This document shows positions 41,601 to 52,760 of a stretch of 64,000 bases of DNA, piece after piece. The stretch's first letter is position 1. Every line of letters begins with the position of its first letter. The notes beneath the pieces are model-generated. The model was not told where the DNA came from. It did not search any database and saw only the letters and a program-made list of their open reading frames with translations. The stretch is from the human T2T-CHM13v2.0 reference genome, Homo sapiens, in the NCBI RefSeq assembly GCF_009914755.1, contig NC_060935.1. One strand, given 5' to 3'. A program made the position numbers and the translations under genes.

Positions 41601-43486
41601 TCTTCACAGAAAAACTAAACAGAAACATTCTCACAAACTACTTTGTGATGTTTGTGTTCCACTTCAGGAATTGAACTTTCCTCTTGACAGAGCAGCTCTG
41701 AAACCCTCTTATTCTATAATCTGCAAGTGGACATTTGGAGGGCTTTGAGGCCTGTGGTGGAAAAGGAAAATCTTCACATAAAAACTAGATGGAAGCATTC
41801 TCAGAAACTACTTTGTGATGATTGCATTCGACTCACAGAGTTGAACATTCCTATAGATAGAGCAGGTTGTAAACAATCTTTTTGTAGAATCTGCGATTGG
41901 AGATTTGGACTGCTTTGAGGCCTACTGTAGTAAAGGAAATAACTTCATCTAAAAACCAAACGGAAGCATTCACAGACAATTCTTAGTGATCATTGGATTG
42001 AACTAACAGAGCTGAACATTCCTTTAGATGGAGCAGTTTCCAAACCCACTTTCTGTAGAATCTGCAAGTGGATATTTGGACTTCTCTGAGGATTTCGTTG
42101 GAAACGGGATAAACTTCCCAGAACTACAGGGAAGCATTGTGAGAAACTTCTTTGTGATGTTTGCATTCAACTCACAGAGTTGAACCTTGCTTTCATAGTT
42201 CAGCTTTCAAACACTCTTTTTGTAGAATCTGCAAGTGGATATTTGGACCACTTTGTGGCCTTCCTTCGAAACGGGTATATCTTCACATCAAACCTAGACA
42301 GAAGCATTCTCAGAATGTTTCCTGTCATGACTGCATTCAACTCCCTGAGGTGAACAATCCTGCTGATGGAGCAGTTTTGAACCTCTCTTTCTTTGGATTC
42401 TGCAAGTGGATATGTGTACCACTGTGAAGATTTCGTTGGAAACGGGTTCATCTTCACAGAAAAACTAAACAGAAGCATTCTCAGAAACTGCTTTGTGATG
42501 TTTGTGTTCCACTTCAGGAATTGAACTTTCCTCTTTACAGAGCAGCTCTGAAACCCTCTTTTTCTAGAATCTGCAAGTGGACATTTGGAGGGCTTTGAGG
42601 CCTGTGGTGGAAAAGGAAAATCTTCACATAAAAACTTTATGGAAGCATTCTCAGAAACTTCTTTGTGATCATTGCATTCGACTCACAGAGTTGAACATTC
42701 CTATAGATAGAGCAGGTTGTAAACAATCTTTTTGTAGAATCTGCGATTGGAGATTTGGACTGCTTTGAGGCCTACTGTAGTAAAGGAAATAACTTCATCT
42801 AAAAACCAAACGGAAGCATTCACAGACAATTCTTAGTGATCATTGCATTGAACTAACAGAGCTGAACATTCCTTTAGATGGAGCAGTTTCCAAACACACT
42901 TTCTGTAGAATCTGCAAGTGGATATTTGGACTTCTCTGAGGATTTCGTTGGAAACGGGATAAACTTCCCAGAACTACACGGAAGCATTGTGAGAAACTTC
43001 TTTGTGATGTTTGCATTCAACTCACAGAGTTGAACCTTGCTTTCATAGTTCAGCTTTCAAACACTCTTTTTGTAGAATCTGCAAGTGGATATTTGGACCA
43101 CATTGTGGCCTTCCTTCGAAACGGTTATATCTTCCCATCAAACCTAGACAGAAGCATTCTCAGAATGTTTCCTGTGATGACTGCATTCAACTCACAGAGG
43201 TGAACAATCCTGTTGATGGAGCACTTTTGAAACTCTCTTTCTTTGGATTCTGCAAGTAGATATGTGGACCTCTGTGAAGATTTCGTTGGAAACGGGTTCA
43301 TCTTCACAGAAAAACTAAACAGAAGCATTCTCAGAAACTACTTTGTGATGTTTGTGTTCCACTTCAAGAATTGAACTTTCCTCTTGACAGAGCAGCTCTG
43401 AAACCCTCTTTTTCTAGAATCTGCAAGTGGACATTTGGAGGGCTTTGAGGCCTGTGGTGGAAAAGGAAAATCTTCACATAAAAACT
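23673..43486 (+). repeat. Near-identical tandem duplication of 12 HOR units (10,203-bp period)
   Basis: More than ten otherwise unique variants pair at exactly +10203, including the CTT insertion (30408/40611), AACCAGA, TTGAGC, TTTCGAC, GGAAGCTC, GAGGTCT, CTTAGGAT and AAACCGAA. Confidence 0.93.
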
Positions 43487-44336
43487 TTATGGAAGCATTC
43501 TCAGAAACTTCTTTGTGATCATTGCATTCGACTCACAGAGTTGAACATTCCTATAGATAGAGCAGGTTGTAAACAATCTTTTTGTAGAATCTGCGATTGG
43601 AGATTTGGACTGCTTTGAGGCCTACTGTAGTAAAGGAAATAACTTCATCTAAAAACCAAACGGAAGCATTCACAGACAATTCTTAGTGATCATTGCATTG
43701 AACTAACAGAGCTGAACATTCCTTTAGATGGAGCAGTTTCCAAACACACTTTCTGTAGAATCTGCAAGTGGATATTTGGACTTCTCTGAGGATTTCGTTG
43801 GAAACGGGATAAACTTCCCAGAACTACACGGAAGCATTGTGAGAAACTTCTTTGTGATGTTTGCATTCAACTCACAGAGTTGAACCTTGCTTTCATAGTT
43901 CAGCTTTCAAACACTCTTTTTGTAGAATCTGCAAGTGGATATTTGGACCACATTGTGGCCTTCCTTCGAAACGGTTATATCTTCCCATCAAACCTAGACA
44001 GAAGCATTCTCAGAATGTTTCCTGTGATGACTGCATTCAACTCACAGAGGTGAACAATCCTGTTGATGGAGCACTTTTGAAACTCTCTTTCTTTGGATTC
44101 TGCAAGTAGATATGTGGACCTCTGTGAAGATTTCGTTGGAAACGGGTTCATCTTCACAGAAAAACTAAACAGAAGCATTCTCAGAAACTACTTTGTGATG
44201 TTTGTGTTCCACTTCAAGAATTGAACTTTCCTCTTGACAGAGCAGCTCTGAAACCCTCTTTTTCTAGAATCTGCAAGTGGACATTTGGAGGGCTTTGAGG
44301 CCTGTGGTGGAAAAGGAAAATCTTCACATAAAAACT
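42537..44336 (+). repeat. Single-unit (850 bp) tandem duplication, U51/U52
   Basis: Two adjacent units carry the same rare haplotype (ACTTTATG, GATCATTG, CCACATT, CGGTT, TCCCATC, AAGTAGA). Elsewhere this haplotype never occurs twice in a row. Confidence 0.85.
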
Positions 44337-47300
44337 AGATGGAAGCATTCTCAGAAACTACTTTGTGATGATTGCATTCGACTCACAGAGTTGAACATTC
44401 CTATAGATAGAGCAGGTTGTAAACAATCTTTTTGTAGAATCTGCGATTGGAGATTTGGACTGCTTTGAGGCCTACTGTAGTAATGGAAATTACTTCATCT
44501 AAAAACCAAACGGAAGCATTCACAGACAATTCTTAGTGATCATTGCATTGAACTAACAGAGCTGAACATTCCTTTAGATGGAGCAGTTTCCAAACACACT
44601 TTCTGTAGAACCTGCAAGTGGATATTTGGACCTCTCTGAGGATTTCGTTGGAAACGGGATAAACTTCCCAGAACTACACGGAAGCATTGTGAGAAACTTC
44701 TTTGTGATGTTTGCATTCAACTCACAGAGTTGAACCTTGCTTTCATAGTTCAGCTTTCAAACACTCTTTTTGTAGAATCTGCAAGTGGATATTTGGACCA
44801 CTTTGTGGCCTTCCTTCGAAACGGGTATATCTTCACATCAAACCTAGACAGAAGCATTCTCAGAATGTTTCCTGTGATGACTGCATTCAACTCACAGAGG
44901 TGAACAATCCTGCTGATGGAGCAGTTTTGAAACTCTCTTTCTTTGGATTCTGCAAGTGGATATGGGGACCTCTGTGAAGATTTCGTTGGAAACGGGTTCA
45001 TCTTCACAGAAAAACTAAACAGAAACATTCTCACAAACTACTTTGTGATGTTTGTGTTCCACTTCAGGAATTGAACTTTCCTCTTGACAGAGCAGCTCTG
45101 AAACCCTCTTATTCTATAATCTGCAAGTGGACATTTGGAGGGCTTTGAGGCCTGTGGTGGAAAAGGAAAATCTTCACATAAAAACTAGATGGAAGCATTC
45201 TCAGAAACTACTTTGTGATGATTGCATTCGACTCACAGAGTTGAACATTCCTATAGATAGAGCAGGTTGTAAACAATCTTTTTGTAGAATCTGCGATTGG
45301 AGATTTGGACTGCTTTGAGGCCTACTGTAGTAAAGGAAATAACTTCATCTAAAAACCAAACGGAAGCATTCACAGACAATTCTTAGTGATCATTGGATTG
45401 AACTAACAGAGCTGAACATTCCTTTAGATGGAGCAGTTTCCAAACCCACTTTCTGTAGAATCTGCAAGTGGATATTTGGACTTCTCTGAGGATTTCGTTG
45501 GAAACGGGATAAACTTCCCAGAACTACAGGGAAGCATTGTGAGAAACTTCTTTGTGATGTTTGCATTCAACTCACAGAGTTGAACCTTGCTTTCATAGTT
45601 CAGCTTTCAAACACTCTTTTTGTAGAATCTGCAAGTGGATATTTGGACCACTTTGTGGCCTTCCTTCGAAACGGGTATATCTTCACATCAAACCTAGACA
45701 GAAGCATTCTCAGAATGTTTCCTGTGATGACTGCATTCAACTCACAGAGGTGAACAATCCTGTTGATGGAGCACTTTTGAAACTCTCTTTCTTTGGATTC
45801 TGCAAGTGGATATGTGGACCTCTGTGAAGATTTCGTTGGAAACGGGTTCATCTTCACAGAAAAATTAACAGAAGCATTCTCAGAAACTGCTTTGTGATGT
45901 TTGTGTTCCACTTCAGGAATTGAACTTTCCTCTTGACAGAGCAGCTCTGAAACCCTCTTATTCTAGAATCTGCAAGTGGACATTTGGAGGGCTTTGAGGC
46001 CTGTGGTGGAAAAGGAAAATCTTCACATAAAAACTAGATGGAAGCATTCTCAGAAACTTCTTTGTGATGATTGCATTCGACTCACAGAGTTGAACATTCC
46101 TATAGATAGAGCAGGTTGTAAACAATCTTTTTGTAGAATCTGCGATTGGAGATTTGGACTGCTTTGAGGCCTACTGTAGTAAAGGAAATAACTTCATCTA
46201 AAAACCAAACGGAAGCATTCACAGACAATTCTTAGTGATCATTGCATTGAACTAACAGAGCTGAACATTCCTTTAGATGGCGCAGTTTCCAAACACACTT
46301 TCTGTAGAATCTGCAAGTGGATATTTGGACCTCTCTGAGGATTTCGTTGGAAACGGGATAAACTTCCCAGAACTACACGGAAGCATTGTGAGAAACTTCT
46401 TTGTGATGTTTGCATTCAACTCACAGAGTTGAACCTTGCTTTCATAGTTCAGCTTTCAAACACTCTTTTTGTAGAATCTGCAAGTGGATATTTGGACCAC
46501 TTTGTGGCCTTCCTTCGAAACGGGTATATCTTCACATCAAACCTAGACAGAAGCATTCTCAGAATGTTTCCTGTGATGACTGCATTCAACTCACAGAGGT
46601 GAACAATCCTGCTGATGGAGCAGTTTTGAAACTCTCTTTCTTTGGATTCTGCAAGTGGATATGTGGACCTCTGTGAAGATTTCGTTGGAAACGGGTTCAT
46701 CTTCACAGAAAAACTAAACAGAAGCATTCTCAGAAACTGCTTTGTGATGTTTGTGTTCCACTTCAGGAATTGAACTTTCCTCCTGACAGAGCAGCTCTGA
46801 CACCCTCTTATTCTAGAATCTGCAAGTGGACATTTGGAGGGCTTTGAGGCCTGTGGTGGAAAAGGAAAATCTTCACATAAAAACTAGATGGAAGCATTCT
46901 CAGAAACTACTTTGTGATGATTGCATTCGACTCACAGAGTTGAACATTCCTATAGATAGAGCAGGTTGTAAACAATCTTTTTGTAGAATCTGCGATTGGA
47001 GATTTGGACTGCTTTGAGGCCTACTGTAGTAAAGGAAATAACTTCATCTAAAAACCAAACGGAAGCATTCACAGACAATTCTTAGTGATCATTGCATTGA
47101 ACTAACAGAGCTGAACATTCCTTTAGATGGAGCAGTTTCCAAACACACTTTCTGTAGAACCTGCAAGTGGATATTTGGACCTCTCTGAGGATTTCGTTGG
47201 AAACGGGATAAACTTCCCAGAACTACACGGAAGCATTGTGAGAAACTTCTTTGTGATGTTTGCATTCAACTCACAGAGTTGAACCTTGCTTTCATAGTTC

Positions 47301-50300
47301 AGCTTTCAAACACTCTTTTTGTAGAATCTGCAAGTGGATATTTGGACCACTTTGTGGCCTTCCTTCGAAACGGGTATATCTTCACATCAAACCTAGACAG
47401 AAGCATTCTCAGAATGTTTCCTGTGATGACTGCATTCAACTCACAGAGGTGAACAATCCTGCTGATGGAGCAGTTTTGAAACTCTCTTTCTTTGGATTCT
47501 GCAAGTGGATATGTGGACCTCTGTGAAGATTTCGTTGGAAACGGGTTCATCTTCACAGAAAAACTAAACAGGAGCATTCTCAGAAACTGCTTTGTGATGT
47601 TTGTGTTCCACTTCAAGAATTGAACTTTCCTCTTGACAGAGCAGCTCTGAAACCCTATTTTTCTAGAATCTGCAAGTGGACATTTGGAGGGCTTTGAGGC
47701 CTGTGGTGGAAAAGGAAAATCTTCACATAAAAACTAGATGGAAGCATTCTCAGAAACTACTTTGTGATGATTGCATTCGACTCACAGAGTTGAACATTCC
47801 TATAGATAGAGCAGGTTGTAAACAATCTTTTTGTAGAATCTGCGATTGGAGATTTGGACTGCTTTGAGGCTTACTGTAGTAAAGGAAATAACTTCATCTA
47901 AAAACCAAACGGAAGCATTCACAGACAATTCTTAGTGATCATTGGATTGAACTAACAGAGCTGAACATTCCTTTAGATGGAGCAGTTTCCAAACCCACTT
48001 TCTGTAGAATCTGCAAGTGGATATTTGGACTTCTCTGAGGATTTCGTTGGAAACGGGATAAACTTCCCAGAACTACAGGGAAGCATTGTGAGAAACTTCT
48101 TTGTGATGTTTGCATTCAACTCACAGAGTTGAACCTTGCTTTCATAGTTCAGCTTTCAAACACTCTTTTTGTAGAATCTGCAAGTGGATATTTGGACCAC
48201 TTTGTGGCCTTCCTTCGAAACGGTTATATCTTCACATCAAAACTAGACAGAAGCATTCTCAGAATGTTTCCTGTGAAGACTGCATTCAACTCACAGAGAT
48301 GAACAATCCTCTTGATGGAGCACTTTGGAAACTCTCTTTCTTTGGATTCTGCCAGTTGATATGTGGACCTCTGTGAAGATTTCGTTGGAAACGGGTTCAT
48401 CTTCACAGAAAAACTAAACAGAAGCATTCTCAAAAACTACTTTGTGATGTTTGTGTTCCACTTCAAGAATTGAACTTTCCTCTTGACAGAGCAGCTCTGA
48501 AAACCTCTTTTTCTAGAATCTGCAAGTGGACATTTGGAGGGCTTTGAGGCCTGTGGTGGAAAAGGAAAATCTTCACATAAAAACTAGATGGAAGCATTCT
48601 CAGAAACTACTTTGTGATGATTGCATTCGACTCACAGAGTTGAACATTCCTATAGATAGAGCAGGTTGTAAACAATCTTTTTGTAGAATCTGCGATTGGA
48701 GATTTGGACTGCTTTGAGGCCTACTGTAGTAAAGGAAATAACTTCATCTAAAAACCAAACGGAAGCATTCACAGACAATTCTTAGTGATCATTGCATTGA
48801 ACTAACAGAGCTGAACATTCCTTTAGATGGAGCAGTTTCCAAACACACTTTCTGTAGAATCTGCAAGTGGATATTTGGACTTCTCTGAGGATTTCGTTGG
48901 AAACGGGATAAACTTCCCAGAACTACACGGAAGCATTGTGAGAAACTTCTTTGTGATGTTTGCATTCAACTCACAGAGTTGAACCTTGCTTTCATAGTTC
49001 AGCTTTCAAACACTCTTTTTGTAGAATCTGCAAGTGGATATTTGGACCACTTTGTGGCCTTCCTTCGAAACGGGTATATCTTCACATCAAACCTAGACAG
49101 AAGCATTCTCAGAATGTTTCCTGTGATGACTGCATTCAACTCACAGAGGTGAACAATCCTGCTGATGGAGCAGTTTTGAAACTCTCTTTCTTTGGATTCT
49201 GCAAGTGGATATGTGGACCTCTGTGAAGATTTCGTTGGAAATGGGTTCATCTTCACAGAAAAACTAAACAGGAGCATTCTCAGAAACTGCTTTGTGATGT
49301 TTGTGTTCCACTTCAGGAATTGAACTTTCCTCTTGACAGAGCAGCTCTGAAACCCTCTTTTTCTAGAATCTACAAGTGGACATTTGGAGGGCTTTGAGGC
49401 CTGTGGTGGAAAAGGAAAATCTTCACATAAAAACTAGATGGAAGCATTCTCAGAAACTACTTTGTGATGATTGCATTCGACTCACAGAGTTGAACATTCC
49501 TATAGATAGAGCAGGTTGTAAACAATCTTTCTGTAGAATCTGCGATTGGAGATTTGGACTGCTTTGAGGCCTACTGTAGTAAAGGAAATAACTTCATCTA
49601 AAAACCAAACGGAAGCATTCACAGACAATTCTTAGTGATCATTGGATTGAACTAACAGAGCTGAACATTCCTTTAGATGGAGCAGTTTCCAAACACACTT
49701 TCTGTAGAATCTGCAAGTGGATATTTGGACTTCTCTGAGGATTTCGTTGGAAACGGGATAAACTTCCCAGAACTACACGGAAGCATTGTGAGAAACTTCT
49801 TTGTGATGTTTGCATTCAACTCACAGAGTTGAACCTTGCTTTCATAGTTCAGCTTTCAAACACTCTTTTTGTAGAATCTGCAAGTGGATATATGGACCAC
49901 TTTGTGGCCTTCCTTCGAAACGGGTATATCTTCACATCAAACCTAGACAGCAGCATTCTCAGAATGTTTCCTGTGATGACTGCATTCAACTCACAGAGGT
50001 GAACAATCCTGCTGATGGAGCAGTTTTGAAACTCTCTTTCTTTGGATTCTGCAAGTGGATATGTGGACCTCTGTGAAGATTTCGTTGGAAACGGGTTCAT
50101 CTTCACAGAAAAACTAAACAGAAGCATTCTCAGAAACTGCTTTGTGATGTTTGTGTTCCACTTCAGGAATTGAACTTTCCTCTTGACAGAGCAGCTCTGA
50201 AACCCTCTTATTCTAGAATCTGCAAGTGGACATTTGGAGGGCTTTGAGGCCTGTGGTGGAAAAGGAAAATCTTCACATAAAAACTAGATGGAAGCATTCT

Positions 50301-51954
50301 CAGAAACTACTTTGTGATGATTGCATTCGACTCACAGAGTTGAACATTCCTATACATAGAGCAGGTTGTAAACAATCTTTTTGTAGAATCTGCGATTGGA
50401 GATTTGGACTGCTTTGAGGCCTACTGCAGTAAAGGAAATATCTTCATCTCAAAACCAAACGGAAGCATTCACAGACAATTCTTAGTGATCATTGGATTGA
50501 ACTAACAGAGCTGAACATTCCTTTAGATGGCGCAGTTTCCAAACACACTTTCTGTAGAATCTGCAAGTGGATATTTGGACCTCTCTGAGGATTTCGTTGG
50601 AAACGGGATAAACTTCCCAGAACTACACGGAAGCTTTGTGAGAAACTTCTTTGTGATGTTTGCATTCAACTCACAGAGTTGAACCTTGCTTTCATAGTTC
50701 AGCTTTCAAACACTCTTTTTGTACAATCTGCAAGTGGATATTTGGACCACTTTGTGGCCTTCCTTCGAAAGGGGTATATCTTCACATCAAACCTAGACAG
50801 AAGCATTCTCAGAATGTTTCCTGTGATGACTGCATTCAACTCACAGAGGTGAACAATCCTGCTGATGGAGCAGTTTTGAAACTCTCTTTCTTTGGATTCT
50901 GCAAGTGGATATGTGGACCTCTGTGAAGATTTCGTTGGAAACGGGTTCATCTTCACAGAAAAACTAAACAGGAGCATTCTCAGAAACTGCTTTGTGATGT
51001 TTGTGTTCCACTTAAAGAATTGAACTTTCCTCTTGACAGAGCAGCTCTGAAACCCTCTTTTTCTAGAATCTGCAAGTGGACATTTGGAGGGCTTTGAGGC
51101 CTGTGGTGAAAAAGGAAAATCGTCACATAAAAACTTTATGGAAGCATTCTCAGAAACTTCTTTGTGATGATTGCATTCGACTCACAGAGTTGAACATTCC
51201 TATAGATAGAGCAGGTTGTAAACAATCTTTTTGTAGAATCTGCGATTGGAGATTTGGACTGCTTTGAGGCCTACTGTAGTAAAGGAAATTACTTCATCTA
51301 AAAACCAAACGGAAGCATTCACAGAGAATTCTTAGTGATCATTGCATTGAACTAACAGAGCTGAACATTCCTTTAGATGGAGCAGTTTCCAAACCCACGT
51401 TCTGTAGAATCTGCAAGTGGATATTTGGACTTCTCTGAGGATTTCGTTGGAAACGGGATAAACTTCCCAGAACTACACGGAAGCATGCTGAGAAACTTCT
51501 TTGTGATGTTTGCATTCAACTCACAGAGTTGAACCTTGCTTTCATAGTTCAGCTTTCAAACACTCTTTTTGTAGAATCTGCAAGTGGATATTTGGACCAC
51601 TTTGTGGCCTTCCTTCGAAACGGGTATATCTTCACATCAAACCTAGACAGAAGCATTCTCAGAATGTTTCCTGTGATGACTGCATTCAACTCACAGAGTT
51701 GAATAATCCTGTTGATGGAGCACTTTTGAAACTCTCTTTCTTTGGATTCTGCAAGTTGATATGTGGACCTCTGTGAAGATTTCGTTGGAAACGGGTTCAT
51801 CTTCACAGAAAAACTAAACAGAAGCATTCTCAGAAACTACTTTGTGATGTTTTTGTTCCACTTCAAGAACTGAACTTTCCTCTTGACAGAGCAGCTCTGA
51901 AACCCTCTTTTTCTAGAATCTGCAAGTGGACATTTGGAGGGCTTTGAGGCCTGT
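43427..51954 (+). repeat. Copy 2 of the ~8.5-kb dispersed block duplication; edges approximate
   Basis: Collinear rare variants shared with 11123-19650 at +32304. Confidence 0.85.
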
Positions 51955-52741
51955 GGTGCAAAAGGAAAATCTTCACATAAAAACTAGATGGAAGCATTCT
52001 CAGAAACTACTTTGTGATGATTGCATTCGACTCACAGAGTTGAACATTCCTATAGATAGAGCAGGTTGTAAACAATCTTTTTGTAGAATCTGCGATTGGA
52101 GATTTGGACTGCTTTGAGGCCTACTGTAGTAAAGGAAATAACTTCATCTAAAAACCAAACGGAAGCATTCACAGACAATTCTTAGTGATCATTGCATTGA
52201 GCTAACAGAGGTGAACATTCCTTTAGATGGCGCAGTTTCCAAACACACTTTCTGTGGAATCTGCAAGTGGATATTTGGACTTCTGTGAGGATTTCGTTGG
52301 AAACGGGATAAACTTCCCAGAACTACACGGAAGCATTGTGAGAAAATTCTTTGTGATGTTTGCATTCAACTCACAGAGTTGAACCTTGCTTTCATAGTTC
52401 AGCTTTCAAACACTCTTTTTGTAGAATCTGCAAGTGGATATTTGGACCACTTTGTGGCCTTCCTTCGAAACGGGTATATCTTCACATCAAACCTAGACAG
52501 AAGCATTCTCAGAATGTTTCCTGTGATGACTGCATTCAACTCACAGAGGTGAACAATCCTGCTGATGGAGCAGTTTTGAAACTCTCTTTCTTTGGATTCT
52601 GCAAGTGGATATGTGGACCTCTGTGAAGATTTCGTTGGAAACGGGTTCATCTTCACAGAAAAACTAAACAGGAGCATTCTCAGAAACTGCTTTGTGATGT
52701 TTGTGTTCCACTTAAAGAATTGAACTTTCCTCTTGACAGAG

Positions 52742-52760
52742 GAAAGTTCTTTTTCTAGAA
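52742..52760 (+). other. Complex indel: 19-nt insertion replacing consensus CAGC (net +15 bp)
   Basis: Consensus GACAGAG-CAGC-TCTGAAACCC reads here GACAGAG-GAAAGTTCTTTTTCTAGAA-TCTGAAACCC; the unit spacing is 865 bp (51926 to 52791). Confidence 0.95.

Noticed and set aside
52722-52754. Hairpin followed by a T-run resembling a rho-independent terminator
   Set aside because: The context is eukaryotic satellite with no gene. The structure is fully explained as a by-product of the templated insertion.
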